Shown one piece after another: positions 1 to 9,474 of a stretch of DNA of 64,000 nt. Under the pieces are notes generated by a model. It was not told the origin of the DNA. It did no database searches and worked only from the letters and a program-made list of their open reading frames with translations. Position numbers and translations under genes: made by a program. Within the stretch, counting starts at the first letter, position 1. The number at the start of each line of letters is the position of its first letter. Source of the stretch: an uncultured Candidatus Micrarchaeota archaeon (GTDB lineage Archaea; Micrarchaeota; Micrarchaeia; Norongarragalinales; CAINOH01); assembly GCA_903851445.1 (NCBI GenBank), contig CAINOH010000024.1, forward strand, positions 82,080 through 146,079, written 5' to 3'.

Positions 1-305
1 CCGTTGTCTATGTATTCCTTTGCAAGGATCACGGTGCAGGCCGCGCCGGCTGTCACCCCATTCGTCTGGACTATCTCGCATCCGGGTGCTATGAGACTTA
101 GGAACTCCTTGAGGGCATATTTTTGGTAGTGCTCCCGCTGGACTATGAATATGAACTTGTGTTGGCACTTAGGGCGTAGGTTGTCGACTATGAGTTCTAT
201 CATCGGCTTGCCCTTTATCTCAATCAGGGGCTTTGGGAAGGTGTAGCCTGCATTCACAAAGCGCGAACCGCGGCCAGCCATTGGGATTACGATGTTAAGG
301 ACCAT
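1..305 (-). CDS. sugar-phosphate nucleotidyltransferase, N-terminal part (gene continues beyond window start)
   Basis: Own minus-strand translation from ATG 305..303 gives MVLNIVIPMAGRGSRFVNAGYTFPKPLIEIKGKPMIELIVDNL... The PMAGxGSRF loop is typical of NTP_transferase-fold enzymes. Absent from the ORF track because it is truncated. Confidence 0.6.
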   Translation of the reverse strand, partial: MVLNIVIPMAGRGSRFVNAGYTFPKPLIEIKGKPMIELIVDNLRPKCQHKFIFIVQREHYQKYALKEFLSLIAPGCEIVQTNGVTAGAACTVILAKEYIDN

Positions 306-945
306 GGGACTTTCCCTCCACCAATTTTATGAACTCCCGCACCCGAAAGTAATTTACTTCGTCGAATCCCTTCACTTCGCACACGTGGGCCCCGGACGCC
401 CTCGCGGCCTGTATGCCGTGCGGCGCGTCCTCCAAAATGATGCATTCCCGCGGCTCGAGACCGAGTTTTTTAATCGCCAAGACGTACATCTCAGGGTCCG
501 GCTTCGGCTTTGAAATCTCGTCGTTTCCGATGAAAAACTCCACGTATTCCATCAATTCGGTGCGGTTAAGCATCAGGTCTATGCTGGCCCTGATTGAATT
601 CGAGCACACGACCTGGCGCAGGCCCTCCTTCTTGAAGCGCGAGAGCATGTAGCGCTTTTCAAAACTTGGCCTGCACTCGTGGAATATGACGTCGCGCGTG
701 TAGACCTGCTTGAGGTCGTTCACGAATTCCTTGAGAGCAAGCGGAAACCCCTTTTCCCTCGAAAGCGTTTCGAGCTTCTTCCTCGTGGGCAGGCCGTTGT
801 AAAACCTCAGGTGCTCCTCGCGGGTTATCTCGTAGCCGAGGACCGCCAAGGCCTTGTTCAGAGCGTCGTAGTGCCATTCGGTGGCGTCGACTAGGACGCC
901 GTCAAGGTCGTAAAGAATTGCCTTTATCATACAAGTCCGACCCAA
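295..945 (-). CDS. HAD-superfamily phosphatase (beta-phosphoglucomutase-like subfamily)
   Basis: HAD motif I YDLDGVLVD, motif II VCSNS, motif IV ILEDAPHG. Probable ATG at 930 (MIKAILYDLDG). Both ends overlap neighbouring genes. Confidence 0.75.
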   Translation of the reverse strand: MGRTCMIKAILYDLDGVLVDATEWHYDALNKALAVLGYEITREEHLRFYNGLPTRKKLETLSREKGFPLALKEFVNDLKQVYTRDVIFHECRPSFEKRYMLSRFKKEGLRQVVCSNSIRASIDLMLNRTELMEYVEFFIGNDEISKPKPDPEMYVLAIKKLGLEPRECIILEDAPHGIQAARASGAHVCEVKGFDEVNYFRVREFIKLVEGKSHGP

Positions 946-1645
946 CGTACCGCCTTATGAAGCGGTCGTCTCCAAGGTCAAAACCAAATTCCGATGGGAT
1001 GATTCTGACCTTGTGGCCTGCTGCCAGCATTTCATTGTATACTGGGCAAATATAAAAAGCGTTATTGACCCGCTTTTGGAGGCGAACCATCCTCTCCGCT
1101 GCCTCTACGAAGTATCTACCCTTGCGAAAGTAGTAGAAACCGGCGCTCGCGTTGTCGGAAACCACTTCCTTTTCGGCCACACTCGACACCGTGCCATTCC
1201 CGTCGGCTATCGCGTAGCTGTATTTCGGGTTGTCTGAATTAAAGCACGGGATGAAGCCGTCGGCAGACGTGTCAGCTGTTATTGGCGTCTCTAGGTTCCC
1301 CTTGAAGTATATGTCGGCAAGGTAGACCACCAGTTCGTCTGGGCAGTTTATTGCTTCCTTCAGTGAAAGGACCGTGCACGCCGCCCCCTCGGTGGGCGTT
1401 TCAAGTACCGCAACCTCCGAATGGGGGTATAGCCGCTTGAGTTTTTCCGAGAGCCGGTAGCGCAAGTCATGCTCCTTTAGGACAACGAAAAAAAGCTGCA
1501 AATCGCCCTTTGAAAAGGGGTATTGGAGCGAATCAGTGCAAAACTTGACAAGTGGCTTGCCCTCGACCGGAATCATTGACTTGTGGGCGTTGAGCGCCTC
1601 AAAACGGGGGTCTTTTCCCGCAAGGGGCACGACTGCAATTGTCAA
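902..1645 (-). CDS. nucleotidyltransferase-fold (GT-A like) protein
   Basis: 247 aa. The N-terminal AVVPLAGKDPRF...IPVEGKPLV resembles the nucleotide-binding loop of sugar/polyol-phosphate nucleotidyltransferases. Abuts the GDPD gene at 1645/1646. Confidence 0.5.
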   Translation of the reverse strand: MTIAVVPLAGKDPRFEALNAHKSMIPVEGKPLVKFCTDSLQYPFSKGDLQLFFVVLKEHDLRYRLSEKLKRLYPHSEVAVLETPTEGAACTVLSLKEAINCPDELVVYLADIYFKGNLETPITADTSADGFIPCFNSDNPKYSYAIADGNGTVSSVAEKEVVSDNASAGFYYFRKGRYFVEAAERMVRLQKRVNNAFYICPVYNEMLAAGHKVRIIPSEFGFDLGDDRFIRRYVGSDLYDKGNSLRP

Positions 1646-2284
1646 TCAATCACCAAAGAAACCCCTAGCTTGGATCGGAAGGTCAGTGCAAAGAAACAGG
1701 TCCGGCCCGTTCATTTCCTTGAGGAAACGCCAGAAAGGTTTTTGGTTGCGTCCGTGCAGTTCGGGGGAGACAAAACAGAGCTTTTTGCCGTTTTTCAAGT
1801 GACGTTCTATCTCTTCCTTGGCTATCCACTCGCGGGTAAGGCAGTCTATCCAAACCCAGCCGCACGAGCTGTACAGTGCAGGTTCCGGTTCAAACTCGCT
1901 TTGCCTGGTGGCAATGTTTTTTGGCTTGAAGGCCTTAGAAAAAACGTATTGGGTCGGAAAGGACATGTCGAAGAAGAGCACATTGGGCAGGTCGTACTTC
2001 GATAATGACTCCAGAAGCAGTTGTTGCAGCCCATCAGCCTTGACGTTAAGGGCCAAGACAGCGGAGGGATTGATGTCCTCCACGGCATCCAGAAAGCCGT
2101 CAAAAGACAACGAGCCACTTTTTGCCGGGTCGTGCGACACTACGAGCCTGCCGTCAAGGTCACGAACGTCGGTTTCAACGCCGAATCCGGCCTTCAGCGC
2201 GCCTTGGAGCGCCTGCAAGGAGTTGCCTTTGACCTGGGCGTTCCATAATCCGCGATGCGCCAAAAAGTTCATCCTGTACGCCAC
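1646..2284 (-). CDS. glycerophosphodiester phosphodiesterase (GDPD) family protein
   Basis: 212 aa. FLAHRGLW...GVETDVR...VVSHDP matches the GDPD HR..E.D..H catalytic signature. Confidence 0.65.
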   Translation of the reverse strand: MAYRMNFLAHRGLWNAQVKGNSLQALQGALKAGFGVETDVRDLDGRLVVSHDPAKSGSLSFDGFLDAVEDINPSAVLALNVKADGLQQLLLESLSKYDLPNVLFFDMSFPTQYVFSKAFKPKNIATRQSEFEPEPALYSSCGWVWIDCLTREWIAKEEIERHLKNGKKLCFVSPELHGRNQKPFWRFLKEMNGPDLFLCTDLPIQARGFFGD

Positions 2285-2503
2285 ACATGGGGTTTAGACT
2301 GCATACTATTGAATGGGCGGTTTGGGCCGCCCGCTCAAGACTAACTGCCGGCATTCGAATATTAATGTGGCGTTTTTTTGCACTGGAATGGCACACCGCA
2401 ATGCACTTTAAAATGTCGGGCGCCGTTAGAAGTTTACAAAGCCAAGCGAGCCAGCGGAGGCATACGCGATGAGGCACGCTTAGGAACTCATAGGCCGGGC
2501 TGA

Positions 2504-3397
2504 TTGGGAAAACAGAAGCAGCATATGGCGGTTATTTTGGGGGCAGGTAGAAACATGGCATCGGCTAGGAAAAATGACGGGGTAAAAAAAATCGTCAATG
2601 TCGTACTGCGTTCCCGCCCGTTTCAGGTCATCCAGCTGGCAAGAAAAATCGGCCCGGCGGAGTTTGTTAGATGGACCCGCCTGTCAGGGAAGAAAAAATA
2701 TGCGATGATGCAAAAGCAGTTCTATGAGGCGTCCGCAAAACGGTCCGAATATGGCGAAAAAAAGGTCGACTACGTGGTCGGTTCATTCGACCTGCATAAT
2801 GCCTGGAAGGACTACGACACGTATCTGATGCGATACGTCGACAAGACGTACAGGAACAAACTCGCCCTGGATTTTGGGTGCGGCCCGGGAAGGAGCATAA
2901 TAAAGTACAGCCGCCTGTTCAAGCGGCTGGATGGAATAGACATAAGCAGGAACAATATACTAAATGCAAGGCGCGGCCTGAAGAAAAACCGCATTACCAA
3001 CTCAAAACTGTACGTCAACAACGGGACGGACCTCAGGCCCCTGCGGGACGACACATACGATTTTGTCATGTCCACGATATGCCTCCAGCACATATGCGTA
3101 TACGACACCCGTTTCTCCTTGCTGAAAGACATGTACCGCGTGCTCAAACCCGGCGGAAGGATATCCCTGCAGATGGGCTTCGGGACGGGTTCGCCGGCCA
3201 CGGTCCCCTATTACACGAACGAATACGATGCGCCGACCACCAACCGGGGCCTGGACACGGCGGTGGAAAGTCCGGACCAGATAGGGGGCGACCTTAAAAA
3301 AATCGGGTTCACAAGCTATGAATACTGGATAAGGCCAACCGGGCCTGGCGACGTGCACAAGAAATGGATTTTCTTCACGGCGGTAAAACCCAAATAA
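2504..3397 (+). CDS. class I SAM-dependent methyltransferase
   Basis: LDFGCGPGRS (SAM motif I) and VLKPGGRISL. The ORF opens with TTG; the first ATG is at 2525. Confidence 0.7.
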   Translation: MGKQKQHMAVILGAGRNMASARKNDGVKKIVNVVLRSRPFQVIQLARKIGPAEFVRWTRLSGKKKYAMMQKQFYEASAKRSEYGEKKVDYVVGSFDLHNAWKDYDTYLMRYVDKTYRNKLALDFGCGPGRSIIKYSRLFKRLDGIDISRNNILNARRGLKKNRITNSKLYVNNGTDLRPLRDDTYDFVMSTICLQHICVYDTRFSLLKDMYRVLKPGGRISLQMGFGTGSPATVPYYTNEYDAPTTNRGLDTAVESPDQIGGDLKKIGFTSYEYWIRPTGPGDVHKKWIFFTAVKPK

Positions 3398-3449
3398 AAT
3401 TGCAAGACATATAACTGCTCAATTCGGGACGGCTCACGAAGGGAACAAA

Positions 3450-4730
3450 ATGCTGGATTTATCACAGAAGCCTGCCATGGCGAATGCCGCGCATTGGCAT
3501 GATGAAATAAACCAATTGTATCATCCGACCGGGACATACGGGCAGGAGATGCAGGACGCGGTGTATTCGAAGGACGCCATCAATTCCACCAAATTTGCGC
3601 CGATATTGCTCAAGGAATGGTTTTTTTTGGTAAAAAAAGGTGGCTACCTTATAATCGATTACCGGCCCAACGCGATGTGCGACTGGAAAAAACTCGAAAA
3701 ATACATGTGGTGGCTTTGGAAATCAAAGTACGAGATAATATATCACGGTCCGATACCGCTTGGCGAACACGAAAACGTGGACAAGGAAAAAGTCCTCAAG
3801 TTCATTTTAGACCAGGAAAAATACTACCGGACAAACCTCGACAAAAAAACCCACCTGCCGCCGCTTGTTAGCACAAAAAAGACCCCCGCAGACAAGGACG
3901 GATATCTCCGGTTCGTATGCAAAAGGACAAACCAGACCAAGATAAGCGGAGACAGCATCGACAAGTGGACGTTCGGAATAGTGACGAACGGCAAGCGCAA
4001 CGAATGGATAGAACGGATAATCGGCGCGATACAGGAGCAGAAAATCCCCCACTACGAGATAATAGTCTGCGGAACCTACCATGACCGGAAGGAAAACAAC
4101 ACGAGATACATCCCGTTCAACAAGCGGGACGACTTGGGCTGGATTACCCGCAAGAAGAACCTGATTGTCGAGGCGGCGAAGTACGAGAACCTGTGCGTAA
4201 TCCACGACCGCTTGATTCCGGACAAGAACTGGTACAAAGGAATGATAAAATGGGGAAACTGCTTCGAACACCTGGGTTGCGTCCAAGAAAAGGACGGGTT
4301 GCGAGCCACCGACTGGCATTTTCATGAGAAAATGGAACACGAGGAGTTCTCATTCCTGTCGCTTCTCGACTACCGCGACTGGGACGTCAACGTATTCCAG
4401 GGCGGGCAAATGCACATCCTCAAAAGAACATACGCGAAAGAATGCCCCTGGGATGAGACGTGCGCTTGGAACGACTTGGAAGACGTCAGGCTAGGCGAAG
4501 TCCTGAACAACCGGGGGCATATACTGAGATTTAACCCGCATTCAAGAATGGATGCCCTTGACTACCGGTTTGGGGAAATACCTTCGGTGCCTTTCGACCC
4601 GGCAAAGCTGTCCAGTCAAAGGCGGGGCAGTCTGACGAGAATATTGCCGCGGTGGGCGTACCGGTTTTTATGCAGAAACAGGAAAATAAGGGCGCTCGTA
4701 AGATACGCGTTCAGGAAACTTAAGAAATGA
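3450..4730 (+). CDS. hypothetical two-part protein (methyltransferase-fold remnant plus GT-A-like C-terminal half)
   Basis: 426 aa. The N-terminus keeps only LKEWFFLVKKGGYLIIDY (distal methyltransferase-fold element). The C-terminal half begins WTFGIVTNGKR...YEIIVCGTY, like a glycosyltransferase N-terminus. Family not recognised with certainty. Confidence 0.5.
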   Translation: MLDLSQKPAMANAAHWHDEINQLYHPTGTYGQEMQDAVYSKDAINSTKFAPILLKEWFFLVKKGGYLIIDYRPNAMCDWKKLEKYMWWLWKSKYEIIYHGPIPLGEHENVDKEKVLKFILDQEKYYRTNLDKKTHLPPLVSTKKTPADKDGYLRFVCKRTNQTKISGDSIDKWTFGIVTNGKRNEWIERIIGAIQEQKIPHYEIIVCGTYHDRKENNTRYIPFNKRDDLGWITRKKNLIVEAAKYENLCVIHDRLIPDKNWYKGMIKWGNCFEHLGCVQEKDGLRATDWHFHEKMEHEEFSFLSLLDYRDWDVNVFQGGQMHILKRTYAKECPWDETCAWNDLEDVRLGEVLNNRGHILRFNPHSRMDALDYRFGEIPSVPFDPAKLSSQRRGSLTRILPRWAYRFLCRNRKIRALVRYAFRKLKK

Positions 4731-5650
4731 CAGTGGAAAAAATGGTTCGGAAGAAGGCAAAAATGCAGATGGCCGACTATCTGTGTTGCCCCGAATGCAA
4801 GTCCGGCTTGCTGGCCTGCGAAGGAGGCTTTAGGTGCAAAAAATGCTCCAAAAGGTATGAGGTTATCGAAGGGATACCGATACTGGTCGACCTTGGCAAT
4901 CTCACCCCATACCTGCAATTCCAAGTCAGATATTTTGAAGAGAAGACGCGCGCAACAGACGCAATTTTCGAATTGGCACCCTGGCAGAAAAACTACGTGA
5001 AGAAATTCGTTTCAAATGCCGGCGCAATCAAGGATGCCCTCGTGATTGATTGCGGCACCGGTTCCGGCTACATGGCCTTGGAGCTTGCCAAAAGGGACGC
5101 GCGCGTCATAGCTTGCGACCTGACGTTGAAAAGCCTCATCCAGCTCAAGAGGACTGTCGAGGAACGCGGCCAGTCGGACAACATTCTCCTTGTCTGCTGC
5201 ACAGCCGAAAGCCTTCCGTTCAAGGGCGGTATTGCAGACTACTTCATTTCCAACGCCGTTCTCGAACACCTGCCCAAGGACAAGGAAGCGATTTCCGAGA
5301 TGGGTCGCGTCACAGGAAGCAGTGCCATTGCGATGGTTGCCGTGCCGTTCAGCTATAGGTACATACATCCGCTCCTCCTGCCCATAAACCTGTTTCACGA
5401 CTGGCGGATAGGGCACTTGCGGAGGTATGATGAGAAAAAAGTGGCTGAAGATTTTAGGGGTTGGACAATCAAAAAAACATTCTTCACCGGCCACACGGCC
5501 AAAGCCATGAAAGCCCTGACTAATATGGTCGCCAAGGCGTTCGACGAGGACGGCATCGAGGCAGAAGATGAAAACAAGCACGCAGTAAGGTGGGGGGCGC
5601 ACAACATGATTTCATTTCTGGCGAAAAAGCCCAAGAGGTTCAAACGATGA
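4727..5650 (+). CDS. zinc-ribbon (Trm112-like) fused SAM-dependent methyltransferase
   Basis: CPECK...CKKCSKRYEVIEGIPILV zinc ribbon followed by VIDCGTGSGYMALELA (SAM motif I). ATGA overlap with the upstream stop at 4727-4730. Confidence 0.7.
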   Translation: MTVEKMVRKKAKMQMADYLCCPECKSGLLACEGGFRCKKCSKRYEVIEGIPILVDLGNLTPYLQFQVRYFEEKTRATDAIFELAPWQKNYVKKFVSNAGAIKDALVIDCGTGSGYMALELAKRDARVIACDLTLKSLIQLKRTVEERGQSDNILLVCCTAESLPFKGGIADYFISNAVLEHLPKDKEAISEMGRVTGSSAIAMVAVPFSYRYIHPLLLPINLFHDWRIGHLRRYDEKKVAEDFRGWTIKKTFFTGHTAKAMKALTNMVAKAFDEDGIEAEDENKHAVRWGAHNMISFLAKKPKRFKR

Positions 5651-6645
5651 AAAAACCGCTTGTCTCAGTCATCATCACCAGTTACAATGCAAGGAAATGG
5701 CTGAAGGGTTGCCTGGAATCCCTTAGATTGCAGACCTATGCAAACTTTGAGATAAACCTAATAGATAATTTATCAACTGATGGAAGCATCAGCTATGTGA
5801 GGCGTAACTTTCCCGAAGTCCAAATCATAAAAAACGAAAAAAACGTCGGATTCGGGACCGCAAACAACCGGGGGGCAAGGGAGTGCAAAGGAGAGCTGTT
5901 GCTTTTCCTGAACACCGACACGGTTTCAAGGAATGATTTGTTGGACGCGCTGGTGAGATGCAAGCTGGAATCAAAAAACAACATAATAGGCCCAAGGGGG
6001 CTTAACTTCAAAGGAAAGGATAATCTGAAGGGAAAATACCTGGGAATGAACTTTTTAGGCTCGGTGCACGGCCCGGTGAACGAGCCCTTTTTCATTGACG
6101 GCTGCGCGTTAATGATAAGCAAGGCGGACTTTTGGAAACTTGGTGGTTTCGATGAGAAATACTTCTTGTACTGCGAGGATCTCGACCTTTGCTGGCGGGC
6201 ATTGCTATTTGGTATGAAGCTAGGTGTATGCGAAGATGCAAGTCTTATTCATTTCGGTGGCGGAACGTCTGAACCGACAATGTCAGAAAAAGGAAAGCCT
6301 TACGTAATACCCGTATTCAGGCGGTACGAAGTTGAGAAGAACACCCTTAGAAACCTGCTCAAAAATTACAGCACGGCAAACGTCCTCTGGGCCGTCCCTC
6401 TTTTTTTGCTCCAGGAGCTTGCTGAAGCGGCACTATACCTGGTGACTGGCAACTTCAAGATGATGTCCAAAATCCTTTCGGCCTTATGGTGGAACGTCGA
6501 AAACGTTGGCGACACGCTCAAAGAGAGGAAGAGAATCCAACAGAAAAGGAAAATCAGCGATATCGTTATCCTGTCAAAAACAACCTTCAAGATATCCAAA
6601 ATAAATGCGTTATTAAGGGTCGGGATTCCCTCCTTTAAGGAATAG
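5647..6645 (+). CDS. family 2 glycosyltransferase
   Basis: MKKPLVSVIITSYNARKWL...IDNLSTDGS...CEDLDLCWR are typical GT2 motifs. ATG 5647 overlaps the upstream stop (ATGA). Confidence 0.8.
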   Translation: MKKPLVSVIITSYNARKWLKGCLESLRLQTYANFEINLIDNLSTDGSISYVRRNFPEVQIIKNEKNVGFGTANNRGARECKGELLLFLNTDTVSRNDLLDALVRCKLESKNNIIGPRGLNFKGKDNLKGKYLGMNFLGSVHGPVNEPFFIDGCALMISKADFWKLGGFDEKYFLYCEDLDLCWRALLFGMKLGVCEDASLIHFGGGTSEPTMSEKGKPYVIPVFRRYEVEKNTLRNLLKNYSTANVLWAVPLFLLQELAEAALYLVTGNFKMMSKILSALWWNVENVGDTLKERKRIQQKRKISDIVILSKTTFKISKINALLRVGIPSFKE

Positions 6646-6684
6646 GCTTAAAGCATCGATTTCTACTTAGGCGGATAACTTATC

Positions 6685-9402
6685 ATGGACACGTTAAAGG
6701 AGAAGCTAGGGAACCTTGTCGTCCCAGCCATACTTTTTTTAGTATCACTCATAGTCGTTTATCCGTACTACCAAGCGGGGGGCATACTTGCCGCCGGAGA
6801 ATCCGCACTTAGTCTCAACCCGGAACATGTCAACTGTTACACGGCGTGGTACGACCGAACGAATTTCGGTACCGAACAGCTAGCGCTGTCGAGCTACATC
6901 GTATTTGACGTGATATGGCCAATCTTGGGCATTGCTTCTCCAATCACCGGGCCATCGGTTGTCAATTTTTTCTTGTCATTCTTCCTAGCCGGCCTGTTTC
7001 TCTACATGTGCCTGGACGAAGTGCTCAAGTTTAAGGAGAAAATAATCTATCTGCCTGCCTGCCTACTGTACTCGTTCAACATTTTTCGTATCATGGGTCC
7101 CCTGAATGAAAACGTGATATTCCTTTTGGTATTGATGCCGCTATTTTTCCTGTTCTATTTCAAGTTGATGAATACAAACAAGTGGAGATACGTTTTCATA
7201 CTGACAATACTATCCCTCGCATCAGGCCCGATGGGGGCGAACCTTCCCGTCTTTCTCATACCATACCTGTTGATGCTCCTGTATTTCGGGTACTTTATGC
7301 TCACGACAAAGAGCGGGAACTGGGGGCAGTTGATTGTGAAGAACTTTGCGCTCCTGTCGCTATTTCTGCTCTGCAATCTGTACTGGCTAATACCGTTGAC
7401 CAAAACCCTGCTGGCTATATACTCCAGTGTGATTGGGCCCACGCTCTGGAACGTCAGCGGCAGCGGCACCTATTATGACCATTTTAGGCTCATCGGCTTG
7501 TGGGGCTTCAGAACCGGGAATTATCTGTTGCCATATTATCCATTCTACAAGAGCTATGATACGGGCATCCTGCTCATAACGACGTTCTTAGTCTCTATTT
7601 TGTCATTTGCATTCCTTCTCTTCCAAAAAAAGGACAACTTGCACGCAAAAACGTTCTTCGGAATCCTTGCTATCGTCTCTTTTTTCCTTTTGGCGGGCGC
7701 CAAGCCGCCGTTCGGATTCATATACAACTGGATTTACCAGAATGTCCTCATCTTCAAATCCGTCCGCGACTCATTCATGAAATTCGTCCCGCTATTCATC
7801 TTTGCCATGTCCTTTTGCCTAGCCCTTTCCATCAATTACATCCTTGAAAAAAGAAGTCAGCTTATAAGGTGGATGATGATTCTGGCAATCAGCGCGATTG
7901 TTCTGGTAAATGCATATCCTATCTTCACTACCGAGGCGATGACTATCCGTGAATGGAATGGGGGGCAGACCGGCAACGTGGTCAAAGTTCCTGAATATTG
8001 GGGGGATGCAAAGGTTTTTCTCGAAAATCAGAGAATCGATTCGAGAATATTCGTTTCGCCATACAATCGTTACGGCTCAAGCAGTAACTGGGAATTCGGC
8101 ATGAATCTTGCCGGAAATGTCGCTGATAGTTTGGTTGACAAGCCAATACTGTTTGGCTGGGAAATCGAAAACACCAGTTCAGATGACATGATCAAGAATG
8201 CCTTTGCAAACAGCCCCCAGGCAAAATTCAACATGCAGAGATATCTAGGGTTTCTTAACTCGAACTACGTCCTTCAGGAGAACGAAATCGAATGGCGTTT
8301 CGAGTTTCTCCTCCCGCCACCCCGAAAAATCACCTCGCCGTCAGTGAGCAACGGGATAATCCTGATGCACGGCTTCAATGAAATCGCAGAATTCGGCAAT
8401 TATACCCAGGAGAGACTGTCGAGGATTTTGAACGAAGAGCCGAACAAGACCATTCATGACGAGCTTTACTCCGAACTGACGAACAGACCGGCCCTCGTGC
8501 TATACTCTTTGCAATACCAATATTTTGTCCCACACATATATGCCCCCAAGAAAATTCTGCTGTCGAACGGTTCCGTGGATTCGATACCTGGCACGATATC
8601 TGACTACGATGGGACTAGCGCGCCCGGAATTTACCTGACGGGCCAAAACCAAAACAAAACGCAAATCATGGCCGGCGAGATTCACTCGGAACTTCCTGTC
8701 CTCGAATACAAGAAGATTAGCTCGACAAAATATCGTCTTAGGATACATTCGGCCGACCCCCAAAACAGCCAGATTCCCATCGTCTTTTCGGAGAGTTTTA
8801 ACGATGACTGGAAGGCTTTCGTCTCAAGACCCCCGAATTACAATCCAATGGGAGCCGGGAATCTGCTTCAAAATTACCGGGTGTTCGAGGGAAACGGGGA
8901 ATATCAGGCATCGTCGGATGAGGTGGAGCAATACGCGGCGAGCGGTTGGGTGACCGACCTTGGAGATGGGAAGCAGAAACAGAGACAACTCATGACCTGG
9001 GCTTCCGATAGGATGGTGGCCAACCGGACGGAGACATACAGCGTAGATTTCATCTCTAAAAATTTGAAGGGCACGATACAGAATGACAATCTTCCTGATG
9101 GGGACCTGTTTGAAACCTTGGGCGCGCCGAGCATAGATGAAAATAATCACCTGATGGCAAACGGTTACGCAAACTCCTGGGTATTGAACCCCGCGGAAAT
9201 TTGCCAGGAAAAAGGGACCGACGGGAAACCTGCCGGCAAGGAGAACGGATTTTGCATCAAAAACCCGGATGGGACGTATGACTTCGAACTCGTGATAGAG
9301 TTCTCGCCGCAAAAAAACTTGGTTATACTACAGGTCCTAGCCCTTGTCATTTTCCTTGGCTGTGTTGCCCTGCTAGCAATGGGATACCAAAAGAACAAGT
9401 AA
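6685..9402 (+). CDS. large polytopic membrane protein, GT-C-like glycosyltransferase candidate
   Basis: 905 aa. Many hydrophobic helices in the first ~420 aa, a large soluble domain, and a terminal TM anchor LVILQVLALVIFLGCVALLAM. Confidence 0.45.
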   Translation: MDTLKEKLGNLVVPAILFLVSLIVVYPYYQAGGILAAGESALSLNPEHVNCYTAWYDRTNFGTEQLALSSYIVFDVIWPILGIASPITGPSVVNFFLSFFLAGLFLYMCLDEVLKFKEKIIYLPACLLYSFNIFRIMGPLNENVIFLLVLMPLFFLFYFKLMNTNKWRYVFILTILSLASGPMGANLPVFLIPYLLMLLYFGYFMLTTKSGNWGQLIVKNFALLSLFLLCNLYWLIPLTKTLLAIYSSVIGPTLWNVSGSGTYYDHFRLIGLWGFRTGNYLLPYYPFYKSYDTGILLITTFLVSILSFAFLLFQKKDNLHAKTFFGILAIVSFFLLAGAKPPFGFIYNWIYQNVLIFKSVRDSFMKFVPLFIFAMSFCLALSINYILEKRSQLIRWMMILAISAIVLVNAYPIFTTEAMTIREWNGGQTGNVVKVPEYWGDAKVFLENQRIDSRIFVSPYNRYGSSSNWEFGMNLAGNVADSLVDKPILFGWEIENTSSDDMIKNAFANSPQAKFNMQRYLGFLNSNYVLQENEIEWRFEFLLPPPRKITSPSVSNGIILMHGFNEIAEFGNYTQERLSRILNEEPNKTIHDELYSELTNRPALVLYSLQYQYFVPHIYAPKKILLSNGSVDSIPGTISDYDGTSAPGIYLTGQNQNKTQIMAGEIHSELPVLEYKKISSTKYRLRIHSADPQNSQIPIVFSESFNDDWKAFVSRPPNYNPMGAGNLLQNYRVFEGNGEYQASSDEVEQYAASGWVTDLGDGKQKQRQLMTWASDRMVANRTETYSVDFISKNLKGTIQNDNLPDGDLFETLGAPSIDENNHLMANGYANSWVLNPAEICQEKGTDGKPAGKENGFCIKNPDGTYDFELVIEFSPQKNLVILQVLALVIFLGCVALLAMGYQKNK

Positions 9403-9474
9403 AAAGCAGGAGTACCATACAGTAAAGAACATCACGCTGATGATAATTTGACTACTTCTTAAAGGGAAGGTACA

